From sequence record CP166271.1: a stretch of 32,000 bases of DNA, one strand, 5' to 3'. The notes under the pieces were generated by a model that was not told where the DNA came from, did no database searches, and saw nothing but the letters and a program-made list of their open reading frames with translations. This document shows, in pieces, positions 8,135 to 18,794 of the stretch. Numbering within the stretch: position 1 is the stretch's first letter; each line of letters starts with the position of its first letter. Both the position numbers and the translations under genes were made by a program.

Positions 8135-10568
8135 CATTCATATTGATAAAAAATCTTTGGATTTTTTATATATCCATTTTTCACAAAATGGTTCAGACTA
8201 TGTCTTAATATACTCAAAGAAATAATAAACCCAAAACGAAAATTATGTAATTTTTACTTTTCTAGTTCTACTAGCTATTCAACCTTTAACACCAAAAGCT
8301 CCATTACGACCATTAGAATTTATATTAGAATATTCTAGATTCGATTTTTTATCTCCTCTTAACATTGTAGTCGATAATCCTTTAAAAGAAGATACAGGAT
8401 TTTTTAAACCTCCTTTGTATATCATCTTAAAAACAGATCTAGAAGCAGTACGACGTCTTGTTAATCGTCCTTTAGCTTCTACTCTAACACCTCGTAATTT
8501 ATTTTGATTTAATCTACCTAAAACATAGTTAATTGTAAATACATCATATGCTTCTATTAAAGCTTCTCTTGCCTTTCTTATATTAATATATTTAAAACTT
8601 CTTTTACTAAAGATTTTTTGCTTCTAAATCATTCAGCAATATCCGTTGTATTAAAATATTCTAGTATTAGTCTATTTAAGGGATCTTCAAAATTTCGCTC
8701 AAACATAAGATTTTTTTTTTCATTTATAGTTAATAGTTTTTTATAATAAGCAAATCTATAAAATCTATTGTTATACATTTTGCTAATCATTAAATTTATA
8801 AGATTATTTTTAATATTATTAGCTTTTATTTTCCTGTTATTATATTCAGTTATTTTTATGTTCTTACGAACAGATCTAAGACTAATTTTTTTAAAAATGT
8901 TTTTAAAACTCTATAGAGTTTATTTTTTCTATTTCTTAATTTCAAAGATATAATTTGTGTATAAATATCACTACTATTATGCAATTTTTTCAAATTAACA
9001 ATATTAAATACTACTTTTTTACGGTATAGGTTTTCTATCAAAGGTATAAATTTATATAAGAAAGAATATTTATATTTTTGTTTATTGAAACTTATTAATT
9101 TGTTATATATTTTTAATTTTCGCATAAACGCTTTATAGGCTAATTTTTTATAATTACTATAACTAGGATAATAGAAACTATTAATACTTTTATTAATAGT
9201 ATTCAAGATACTTAATTTTTCTTTGCTATCTAATATAAGATAATTATTTACATTTAATACTCTATTTATTTTTTTCATTTCTTTATTGTATTTTTTAGTT
9301 AACACTCTTAAATGTCTTTTATATAATAAAATTAATAAGCGACCACTTAAAGATTCATATATATTATAACTTCTTTTGTTTCTTAGTTTTTTATTAAGAG
9401 TCTTTCTAGTTAATCATCTTTTAAATCGTCTATTTGGGTAAAATAATCTTTTTTTCTATATTATATTTACTAGATAAATACATAGTTTTTGCGTTATATA
9501 CAAAAAAAGTTATTACCACCTTATCATTAGTATGTTTTATATTACCTTTTCCCACAAAAATTTTCTTTGTATATAAAATCTTAGTTTTTTATTTCTACGT
9601 CTTTTTCAGGCAGTTTTGTTAAATTCTTTATTTTACGTGTTTTTCATCTTCTAGCTGATCTAGATTTATTTTTGAAACGTTTTTTTCTAAAGAATAATAT
9701 TGCTTTATCTGCTTTTTCATTTTCTATGGACAAGTCTGTTTTTTCTAGTGATTTATCCTTATTATCTATGTATTGGTTTAAATGTGAATCATATTTATAT
9801 TTTTTATAGACAATGATATAAATTTATTACTTAGATTTTTTTTTAAGAATAGTTTATAGATTCTTTTATTTCTATTTTCTTTAACAGACGATAATTTAAA
9901 AAATCATTTAAACGTTTTTTAATTGTTAATAAGATAGCTTTTTTATTGCTTTTTTTGTAAATAAAACTATAGATTTTTTTAGTATGATTTTTTCTTTTAT
10001 TTATTTTTTTGATTAAAATAACTTTTTAATAATTTCATTAAATTAATATCTGCCGTAGGTAATGTTTTAATATAATAGTTATTGTAAGTATATACACTAT
10101 TATATCACTCTTGAGCTGCAGGTGTAAAGTGGCGAGTTATTCCTCTGTTTTCTTTTATATACTTAAGGGGTTTACTTACTATGATATTTATTTTTTATTA
10201 AATAAAGAAGGTATATTTATTTCTTTTAAGCTAATATTAGAATCATTAGGAAAACTTTTTTTTAAATTTTTAAGAATAATACATAAAAAAAGATGTTTAA
10301 ATACTTAATCTTTTCAGCTTAATTCAGTCTATTTCATTAATATTAATATATTAATTGTTAATTTATTGTTTTATTTCTTTGAGTATATCTGAGGAGTTAT
10401 AGGATTATTGCATATAATGCTCACCGTTAGTCGTTGAACGTTTTTACTTTTAAAGTAAACTTCGCTTCAAGTAAACTTACTTTAAAAGTCTTTCTTGAAA
10501 TTTACCTCATTATTATAATTATGTATTCGAAAGCTTTATGCTTTTACTAATTAAAGGAACAAAATTTT
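8135..10568 (-). other. Group I intron in rnl domain V, at the conserved GGGAT|AACAGGC site. It carries rps3.
   Basis: Exon 1 ends ...GCTACGCTAGGGAT, where the last U is the complement of 10569. The intron ends ...ATATGAATG, with the terminal G being the complement of 8135. Exon 2 resumes AACAGGCTAATTGCGCC. A core-like AGACATAGTCTGAACC lies near the 3' end. Confidence 0.85.
8243..10038 (-). CDS. rps3: Ribosomal protein S3 (intron-encoded, Var1/S5-like), broken by about eight frame shifts in A-rich runs.
   Basis: ORF 8856-9305 contains ...VVFNIVNLKKLHNSSDIYTQIISLKLRNRKNKLYRVLK. The downstream segment reads ...KYINIRKAREALIEAYDVFTINYVLGRLNQNKLRGVRVEAKGRLTRRRTASRSVFKMIYKGGLKNPVSSFKGL...GAFGVKGWIASRTRK, ending at TAA 8243-8245. 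The candidate ATG is at 10036-10038. Confidence 0.85.
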
Positions 10569-13198
10569 ATCCCTAGCGTAGCTTTTTCAAAAACCCAAGA
10601 CCTTTCCTTTCCGCATCTTGTGATCATATGCCCCGCTTACGCGACTGATAGATGTGTAAATCAAACAGTAAAGCAAGATTATGCCATTAAACTTGAGAAG
10701 TAATAAACATAATTATATTATTTGTGTCTTTTCACTTACTTATACATTATATAAATATACAAATAATATAATTAAAAATAAGACTAAAATATTCTTATTT
10801 TTAATTACATCTATTTACAATATAGATAAAATCTTACTTGCATTAAAAAAAAATTAAATTCTAACTTAATAGATATATACGTGAATTAGTTATAACTTTA
10901 GTTATACCAAATAACAAACTAAAAAAAAATAGACTATAGTCTATTTTTATATATCATAATTAAATCATAACAATTTTACAAAATTAACTTTGGATACACC
11001 CAGGTACTTTTTATGGGATCTGTGCCCCGCATAAACTGTCTCCTAACAATTGTTCCTTAAAAAAAAGGTAATTAATATGAAATACTTTTTAAAGGTGTTT
11101 CAATTCTGTTAACACTACCTTATACACTAAAAAATCGTACTTCATATTCAATAACAAGTAACAGTAAAGCTGCATAGGGTCTTCTCGTCTAACTAGAGGT
11201 AAACTGTATCTGCACAGTTATTCCAATTTCACTGAGCCAATCATTGAGACAGCTGTTGTATCGTTAAATCATTCATGCAAGACCGCATTTAACGGCCAAG
11301 GTATTCCGCTACCTTAGGACCCTCATAGGTAAGGCCGCCATTGATCGGGGTTTCCTTCAAAACCAAGCTTAAAATAAACTAAGCAAATCCGTTAACCAGC
11401 CGACATTGGGCAGAAATCACACTCAATACTTTGATTTATTATCTTACTGCAGAGTGCTTTGTTTTAATTAAACAGTCGTACAACACTATTCCATGCTTCC
11501 TTTTCTTTACTTGATATTAATCAAGAGGAATGGCTCTCCTTATCCCGAAGTTACGGTAGTTAGTTTGCCGAGTTCCTTAATGATTGTTCACTCAAACGCC
11601 TTCGTATTCTCTACTAGCTTACTTGTGGTAGTTTTTAGGTACGGTTTTTCTAAGCTTTATATTTCTCATCTTTTTAGTTTGTTAAAATATAAAGTATTAT
11701 AACAGTTTTTCCAGAACCTTCCTCACTAATTATTATATATTTTAATATATGTTAATAAAAAAAATATATAATAAGGAAGGTTGTTACTTGTAATTAAGAT
11801 TTTCTCATCGTTTAATCCTTTAGGTTGGTAAACTTAGAGGCCGTTACTTTATAAAATCCATAAGCTTTAGGCGAGGGTATTTACCCTTTTCCGTTACTCA
11901 TGTCAGCATTCTCACTTGGGTTATCTAATATTTATTCTTAAAAAAATAAGTCTAAGATTTACCCAACGTTCTGCTACCCCATTAAATATAAATGTTTTGT
12001 CTTATATTTCTGCTTGCGCTAGAGTTTATTACATATATATTAATATATGTAATACTAATATGTTTATATTTTAATGGACAAGGTGTCGGTATATTGTTTA
12101 GATCCGTTAAATCTTCGGTGCTACTACTACTGTATATGTTAATATACTAAACCAGTGCTCTGTTACGAGATCTTCAAAAAATGGACCGCTTCTAAGCCAA
12201 TTTCCTGGCCGTATTTTATAGAAACATCCTTAATTTCACTTAACAATAATTTTGGAACCTTAACTCTTGTTCTGGGCTGTTTCCCTTTAGACATACAACC
12301 TTATCGTACTATGTCCGATTATTCAAAATTCATCATTGCCCTTTCGAGTGCGAATACTCACCGATAAAATCTTCACGATTGCCCGATATATGCAAAATTA
12401 TTAATAAAGTTGCCTGAGATCACAGTTCTGTACCTGCTATGATGTAATTTGAATTACCTACTTTTATAGGTTTCGCAGAAAACCAGCTATCCTAGTCAGT
12501 GTTGTCTTTCACTAACTTACCACAGTTCATCGGATATCTCTACAACGATATGCCGTTCGGGCTTTTATAACCCTGACTGTAGTAAGATCACCAGGCTTCG
12601 GGTCTAATTTTAGATACTAATTCATTTTTTCATAATTGGTTTATCTGGGCATATATGCTCGCATCTAATATTAACTCGCTGACCCATTATGCAAAAGGTA
12701 CGCTATCACTTTTTATTTAAATAAAGCTAAAGCTGCTTATAAGACTACTATTTTAACCTTTCCCTCACGGTACTATACGCTATCGCTTATATATTATATT
12801 TAGCCTTAGAGGAAGGTTCCCCTTATTTTTCAAACAGGTTATGCCCGTTCTACTTGATTTAATAAAAATTAAAAAATATTTATTTTTAAATATTTTTATA
12901 TAGGCTTTTCTATTTTAATTCTCACTAATCATAGAATCTCGTTTGATTTCTTTTCCTAAAGTTACTAAGATATTTCAATTCACTTCGTTAATTATTTAAT
13001 TTCTCTAAGAGATAATGTGTACGCTTATCTAAAAACACAATTTAAACACAAATAATACAGTGCTCTCTTTAATATATAGCTAGGAATCCATAATAGTCTC
13101 TTTATATACGTTACTGTTATAGTAAGTAAAATTTTTTATTCGATATCTAAAACATTACTGTACTTATTTTAGACTAGTTTTATACCAGTCTAAACTAT

Positions 13199-13271
13199 TC
13201 GGATTATTATGATTCGAACATAACAATTCCTCAACCCAAATGAGGCGCCTAACCAACCTGGCTCTAATCCG
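13199..13271 (-). tRNA. trnP: tRNA-Pro (anticodon UGG).
   Basis: Acceptor CGGATTA/TAATCCG pairs perfectly. Anticodon stem is CCTCA/TGAGG and the loop is TTTGGGT. Confidence 0.9.
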
Positions 13272-13285
13272 TAGTAAAAAAATAT

Positions 13286-13371
13286 CAGAGAATATCCGAT
13301 TTGAACGGATGTGATCTATTAAACCAAATAAGTTTCAAGCTTATCACCTTAAACCACTCGGTCAACTCTCT
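13286..13371 (-). tRNA. trnS: tRNA-Ser (anticodon UGA), long variable arm.
   Basis: Acceptor AGAGAGT/ATTCTCT, anticodon stem ATAAG/CTTAT, loop CTTGAAA. Confidence 0.88.
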
Positions 13372-13418
13372 TTATATATTTATGAAATATTTAAAATATA
13401 TATTTTAAATATATTCTA

Positions 13419-13490
13419 TGATTCCTCAGAGACTTGAACTCAGAACATATTCTTATCAAAAATACGCTTTACCAATTAAGCTAAGGAACC
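13419..13490 (-). tRNA. trnI: tRNA-Ile (anticodon GAU).
   Basis: Acceptor GGTTCCT/AGGAATC, anticodon stem TATTT/GAATA, loop TTGATAA. Confidence 0.88.
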
Positions 13491-13572
13491 TTATTAAGTC
13501 TTTGAATAAATATTTAAATTAAATGAATATAGCTTAAATATATACATAAATTATATCATAATAAACACTCCT

Positions 13573-13644
13573 TAAGGAATAGGTGATTTGAACACCTAAC
13601 CTACCGTGTGTAAAACGGTCGCTCTACCATTGAGCTAATTCCTT
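13573..13644 (-). tRNA. trnV: tRNA-Val (anticodon UAC).
   Basis: Acceptor AAGGAAT/ATTCCTT pairs perfectly. Anticodon stem is ACCGT/ACGGT and the loop is TTTACAC. Confidence 0.9.
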
Positions 13645-13672
13645 TTTATATTGATTAAGATATATATTTAAT

Positions 13673-13743
13673 CAAGAGTACTCAGATTTGAACTGAGAAC
13701 ATAAAGTTTGAAGCTTCAAGTTTTGCCATTAAACTATACTCTT
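13673..13743 (-). tRNA. trnW: tRNA-Trp (anticodon UCA), which reads both UGA and UGG.
   Basis: Acceptor AAGAGTA/TACTCTT pairs perfectly. The anticodon loop is CTTCAAA. This is consistent with the many in-frame TGA codons in the protein genes. Confidence 0.9.
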
Positions 13744-13784
13744 ATTAAAGTTTACAATATTTATACGAATATATTATATGATAC

Positions 13785-13864
13785 CGGAAAAGAGATGATT
13801 CGAACATCCAGGTGCATAACACAATATTTAGCAAATATCTCGCTTTACCAATAGCAACTTTTCC
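13785..13864 (-). tRNA. trnS: tRNA-Ser (anticodon GCU), long variable arm.
   Basis: Acceptor GGAAAAG/CTTTTCC pairs perfectly. Anticodon stem is GATAT/ATATT and the loop is TTGCTAA. Confidence 0.85.
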
Positions 13865-13914
13865 TATGCTTAAACCTTACTATAAAAACTTTTAACATGT
13901 ATATATAATTTTAT

Positions 13915-13986
13915 TACGGTCAGCCGAATTCGAATCGACAAAAATCGTTTGGAAGACGACAAGTTTACCAATTAACCTATGACCGT
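13915..13986 (-). tRNA. trnG: tRNA-Gly (anticodon UCC).
   Basis: Acceptor ACGGTCA/TGACCGT pairs perfectly. Anticodon stem is GTCGT/ACGAT and the loop is CTTCCAA. Confidence 0.9.
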
Positions 13987-14014
13987 TTTATTTATCTAGT
14001 TTTTTACTATACTT

Positions 14015-14086
14015 TAAGACCTGCGGGGTTTGAACCCGCATAACAAAGATTAAAAGTCTTGCATTTTACCATTAAACTAAGGTCTC
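14015..14086 (-). tRNA. trnK: tRNA-Lys (anticodon UUU).
   Basis: Acceptor GAGACCT/AGGTCTT, anticodon stem CAAGA/TCTTT, loop CTTTTAA, T arm GCGGG-TTCAAAC-CCCGC. Confidence 0.9.
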
Positions 14087-14224
14087 TATAATGAAATAAA
14101 TATTAAATATCTAAATTCATGCTAAGTATTTTATGCTTAGGCTATAATACAGAACAAAACTTAGTTTAATCAAAGGGAATTAAACCTGAATAATATATAA
14201 TTAGTGCAATTAAAAACAAATAAA

Positions 14225-15032
14225 TTAAGAACCCCAGTAGTAAATTGAAATGAATAAAAATAATCATACTACATCAACAAAATGTCAGTAAAGAATACCA
14301 GACTCTAAACCTAAATGATGATTATCTGTTGAGTGATAGGCTAAAACACGTCAGAAACCCGTAGCAATAAATAGTGTTCCTATTATCACGTGTAATCCAT
14401 GAAAACCTGTACCGAAATAGAAACATGATCCATAAGCTCCATCACTAATTGTGAATGAAGATACAGTATATTCTACACCTTGAAAAAGTGTAAACACAAT
14501 AGCTAATATAATTGTAGCTACTAATCCGTTTAAGGTTCCACTTCTATTACCTTGAATTAAGGAATGATGAGCATATGTTACAGTAGTACCTGAAGATAGT
14601 AATATTATTGTATTTAATAAAGGTAATTCAAATGGATTAATTGCTTCTATACCCATAGGTGGTCATTGAGCACCTAATTCTACAGTAGGAGATAAAGCGC
14701 TATGGAAGAATGCTCAAAATATTGCTAAAAAATAATGCTTCTGATACAATAAATAAAGCAACACCCATATTTAATCCACGTTGAACAGCTAAAGTGTGGT
14801 TACCTAAATAAGTACCCTCTGATATAACATCTCTTCATCAAAAAGCCATAGAAGAAACTAATGCTAAAAAAGCAAATACTAAAAATATATATGCGTTATT
14901 AAAACCATGCATAGTTAAAACTCCACTAGTTGTTAAAGTTAATAAAGAAATACACGTGAATAATGGCCATGGTGATGGTGATACTAAATGAAAAGGATGA
15001 GATTGAAAATTACTTCTTGTAGAGTATGTCAT
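14225..15032 (-). CDS. cox3: Cytochrome c oxidase subunit 3, frame broken once (the run appears two bases short).
   Basis: N-terminal ORF 14838-15032 and ORF 14351-14656 are out of phase by 2. At A6 14727-14732 the expected ...[20 protein letters not shown]... needs a T8 run in the mRNA sense. The C-terminus is ...[23 protein letters not shown], ending at TAA 14225-14227. The length is 808 nt, so adding 2 gives 270 codons. Confidence 0.9.
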
Positions 15033-15139
15033 TTCTATAGTTTATATTCAATTAAATTATATTATAATTTATTAAATATTAAAAATATTTTTGGGGAATA
15101 TATACATAATAATGCAAATTTGCATTAATTAAATTTATA

Positions 15140-15212
15140 CGGGTCAGACCGGAGTCGAACCGGCATAATCTTTCTTGACAAAAAAGTTTCTTACCAATTA
15201 GAATACTGACCC
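15140..15212 (-). tRNA. trnD: tRNA-Asp (anticodon GUC).
   Basis: Acceptor GGGTCAG/CTGACCC pairs perfectly. Anticodon stem is CTTTT/GAAAG and the loop is TTGTCAA. Confidence 0.9.
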
Positions 15213-15361
15213 TTCAAAAAAAATTGTTTTCCTTTTGAAGCATTAAACATTATAGCTAATATTTTTTAAGGTATATAAGAAAGTATGCTTAATCGCAATA
15301 TTGATAAAATTACACTTAAATTAAACTATAGTTTTTATTAATAATCTGTATAAGGTATAAA

Positions 15362-16825
15362 TTAATAACTATATATTAGAGATGATACTGAATAATGTAA
15401 ACCATCTAATATAGGAGCAGGATATACACCTAATACAACAGTAAATAATACTAGTGTGAATAATATAAAAAATTCACGTTTATTAACATCGCTTATATTA
15501 GCTTCAAAAAATTTACTAAAGGATCCTGCAAAAGCTATTCTATTAAACATATATATAGTATAAGCAGCAGAAAATACTATAGATGAACTAGCGAATAGAC
15601 CTAATAAAGGCAATCTCTCAAATACTCCATAAAGAGACATAAATTCTCCTACAAAATTTAAAGTAAGAGGAACACCACAATTACCTAATGATAGGATAAA
15701 AAATAATATAGAAAATAAAGGCATTATTTGAGCAAGACCCCTATAATAACTTATCAGTCTTGTACCTGATCTATCGTATAATACACCCCCAGCACAAATA
15801 AATAAACCACTTGAAACAAATCCATGTGCTAACCCTAAAGCTATACCACCTTCTATTCCTTGTATAGTATTACTAAATACACCTATTAGGTAAACAGCGG
15901 CATGCGATACAGAGCTATAAGCTATTAGTTCTTTAACATCAATTGTTCTTAAGGTACTGAAACTTGCATATACAATTGTTATAACCCCTATAAGGTATAT
16001 TATATAAGTATATTCTAAAGAAGCTTTAGGTAATAAAGGTAATATAAGTCTAAAAATACCATATAAACTCAATTTTAAAACAATAGCAGCTAATATAATA
16101 CTACCACTTAATGGAGATTCAACGTGAGCTTTTAATAATCATGTGTTCAAAAAGATTGTAGGTGTTTTTACTGCAAATGCTATAAATATACCATAAAATA
16201 AAAATAATTGTGTAGAATAATTAAAATTAGTTTTATATAGCGCATCGAAATCTGTTGTTCCCATTATAGAAGACATTGATAATATAGATAATAATAAAAA
16301 TAACGATCCAAATAATGTATATAAAAATAAATAAAAACTAGCTCTTACTTTATTGTTTGACCCGTATAAACCTATTAATATAAATAATGGAGGCAATATA
16401 CTTTCGAAAAAGATATAAAATAATAAAATATCTAATACCATAAAAACAGCTAATAATAATGTTTCTAATAACAAAATTATTATCAAAAATGATCTTACAT
16501 TTTCATTTATAGAATTTCAATTACTTAATAATGCAATAGGAGTTATAAGAGTAGTTAACATAACAAAATAAATAGATAAACCATCTAAACCTAAATAAAA
16601 ATCAAATGAACTTATTTCATGGTGTTCTTGTACAAATTGAAATTGATTGCTGCTAAAATCAAATAAAATAAATACAATTATAGAAATAAATAGATTAATG
16701 ATGGATGTTGTTAAAGCTATTTTTTTTATACGATTTAGATATATTACTGATAATTTATAAGATATGTTTGCACTTATTAGTACTATACCTAGTAAAGGAG
16801 TAAGTAATAAAGATAATAGTATCAT
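15362..16825 (-). CDS. nad4: NADH dehydrogenase subunit 4, intact (487 codons plus stop).
   Basis: ORFs 16517-16825, 16139-16486 and 15362-16072 are all in one frame, separated only by TGA=Trp codons. The protein is nad4-like throughout. Confidence 0.93.
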
Positions 16826-16927
16826 GTGAACTTTTAGTTCTGAATTAATGAATTTCCCTAAAAAACCAACAAATAAGTATAATTAATATATAAATAAGTA
16901 TTTTTTATAATTAATATATTCAGGTGA

Positions 16928-16959
16928 ATATAAAAATTCCTTATAAGGAATTTTTATAT
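16928..16959. repeat. Perfect 32-nt AT-rich palindrome in the spacer upstream of nad4.
   Basis: ATAAAAATTCCTTA|TAAGGAATTTTTAT-type symmetry, checked base by base from 16943/16944 out to 16928/16959. Confidence 0.9.
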
Positions 16960-17159
16960 ACTAAGGAATAAAGCCAGTTTAAATACACTATATACAACTA
17001 TATAGTAAAACATTATTTATACTTATTGATTAATTAATCTTTCATACATTATAAAGAATCTTTGATAATTATTAAGTTTAAACCTAAATATATAAAATTC
17101 TACTTAATAATTATATAATATGATTCAAATAAAATTTATTTTTATTACTTTTTAAATAT

Positions 17160-17229
17160 ATAAAGGAAAGGATTCGAACCTTTGATAGCTATTTAATTTA
17201 GATCCATCATACTCCCACGTAACCTTAAT
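17160..17229 (-). other. tRNA-like element X4, related to trnY but apparently lacking an anticodon arm.
   Basis: Minus strand reads ATTAAGG-TT-ACGTGGGAGTATGATGG-ATCT-AAATTAAATAGCTATC-AAAGGTTCGAATCCTTT-CCTTTAT. The T arm and acceptor (one mismatch) fold. The D region and variable arm resemble trnY at 18680-18765. Confidence 0.5.
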
Positions 17230-17507
17230 TTTTTAGCCCTAATCATGACGCATCGTATTACTATCTAGAACAAATGCCCTCCCTACTTTCGTAAAGAACC
17301 TGCCCTTTACTTTGTAATAAATAGCTGGTAAACTGACTAATAGTCAATTTAATTTATTAAAATATCCGGATGCATACTAGACAATCCTCAACCCTGATTT
17401 AATCAACCCTACCTGTTAAGAAAAACATTCTATTGAGAGCCCATAATTATTCTATAGACATATGATAGAATTAGTAATTATTTAATAAAAAACATATTTA
17501 ATAAAAT

Positions 17508-17775
17508 ATGGATACCATTAAGCCGGTTTCTGTTATAGTTATTAATCCATAATAAGGCTTAACTTAAAGCTTGTAAGTTCGTTAATAATCTTTTACTATA
17601 TATTATTACATATACATTTTGCTATAGTTTTATTTTTTTATTATAGAAAGATTTTATTTATTTTCTGTTTAATACTAAAATTTTTATTTAACACTCATTT
17701 TTAGGTGTTTATGTTTAATAAGCGCTGGACTTTCCTATACTTAGAAAAAATATTTATGCTGTAAGTATCACAAAA
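17508..17775 (-). ncRNA. rnpB: Mitochondrial RNase P RNA (ends approximate).
   Basis: The minus strand carries the two universally conserved P4 strands. CR-I is ATAGGAAAGTCCAGCGC (complement of 17722-17736). CR-V is ACAGAAACCGGCTTAATGG (complement of 17515-17533). The 5' GATAC (17765-17769) can pair with the 3' GGTATCC (17510-17516) as P1. Confidence 0.75.
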
Positions 17776-17810
17776 ATTAATAAAAACTGCTTGCAAATAA
17801 GCAGTATTGT

Positions 17811-18410
17811 TTAATTTGTCATATTATCTTTTTGTTTTATAGTTATTACAATAGCACCTACCATAGCTAAAAGTAAAATAATAGAAGTTAATATTAACCA
17901 TATACTATGACTAGTATACATTATATTACCTATATTTGTAATATGACTAGTTTCAGCTAAATTACCATCTCATATTTTACTAATAGCAAAATAAATTCTA
18001 GTATTATCCATAACATAACTATTAAAAGAAATAACATTATAAGGTAATAAAGGATAAACAGGGTTAATAAAAGAAATGATTATAAGTATAACTAACGGTA
18101 TACTTTTATTTGTACTACTTAATAATTCACTTATTCTTATATTAATTAACATCAATATAAAAAGAAATAGAATTGATACAGCACCTACATAAACTAATAA
18201 ATAAGAAAACCCAATAAAATTTAAACCTAACATCATAAGATAACCAGCAATACTAAAAAATAAACCTATTAAAAATAAAACAGAAACAATAGGATTTTTA
18301 CTAACAATAACCAATACACCACATAGGATAGATAATACAGATAATAAATCTAAAAACTCTATTTTAAATCCATTTGTATATACTTCATTTAACATATATA
18401 ATTTATCCAT
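17811..18410 (-). CDS. nad6: NADH dehydrogenase subunit 6, intact (199 codons plus stop).
   Basis: ORF 17970-18410 continues through TGA=Trp to TAA at 17811-17813. The protein is hydrophobic and nad6-like (...LIGLFFSIAGYLMMLGLNFIGFSYLLVYVGAVSILFLFILMLI...). Confidence 0.9.
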
Positions 18411-18544
18411 AAAAAAAATAAAAAAACTTTTACCTCAAAATATTTCCAATAAGAAACCTCTAATCACTATTTTTTAGAATAAATATAAATAAATATAATT
18501 ATTTAGAGGAAGAATATTAAAACTAAAAAGTACAAAATAGGCTA

Positions 18545-18615
18545 AGCCTTCAAGATGAATCGAACATCTATTCTAATATTAACAGTATTACGTTCTACCA
18601 TTGAACTATAAAGGC
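18545..18615 (-). tRNA. trnN: tRNA-Asn (anticodon GUU).
   Basis: Acceptor GCCTTTA/TGAAGGC, anticodon stem TAATA/TATTA, loop CTGTTAA. Confidence 0.9.
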
Positions 18616-18679
18616 TAAAAAAAAAGAGCCTTATAAGACAATTTTATTTATTAATAAAAACTTTATAATAATAAAACGT

Positions 18680-18765
18680 TAGGAAGAAAAGGACTTGAAC
18701 CTTCGACAGCTATTAACTATTGAGTTTACAGCTCAACCCGTCATACCTACAAACGGAACCTTCCT
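18680..18765 (-). tRNA. trnY: tRNA-Tyr (anticodon GUA), long variable arm, immediately downstream of rns.
   Basis: Acceptor AGGAAGG/TCTTCCT, anticodon stem TTGAG/CTCAA, loop CTGTAAA, T arm GAAGG-TTCAAGT-CCTTT. Confidence 0.9.
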
Positions 18766-18794
18766 TTTTTTATTTTTTTTCATGTTCAATTTAA

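Larger units (their letters stand above)
7590..13180 (-). rRNA. rnl: Large-subunit ribosomal RNA in two exons split by a group I intron (8135-10568). Both gene ends are approximate (about +/-60 nt).
   Basis: Conserved minus-strand 23S motifs are present: GAAGTGAATTGAAATATCTTAGTAAC (~12961-12987), CTAGGGAT|AACAGGCTAAT across the intron, GGCACCTCGATGTCGGC (~8075-8092), a sarcin-ricin loop-like CTCGTACGAAAGGAGC (~7917-7932) and GTGCTGAAAGCATATAGGCACGAAG (~7752-7776). Confidence 0.9.

Noticed and set aside
8135-10568. A homing endonuclease (LAGLIDADG or GIY-YIG) in the rnl intron, or other mobile elements.
   Set aside because: The intronic coding sequence is rps3-like throughout, and I saw no endonuclease motif. 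The cox1 and cob genes are continuous single exons, so there are no other introns. I found no plasmid-type polymerase ORFs.
10683-10871. Plus-strand ORF starting MPLNLRSNKHNY... inside rnl.
   Set aside because: It is antisense to an AT-rich expansion segment of rnl exon 1. It is Asn/Lys/Ile-rich and low in complexity, and it is not atp8-like beyond the first two residues.
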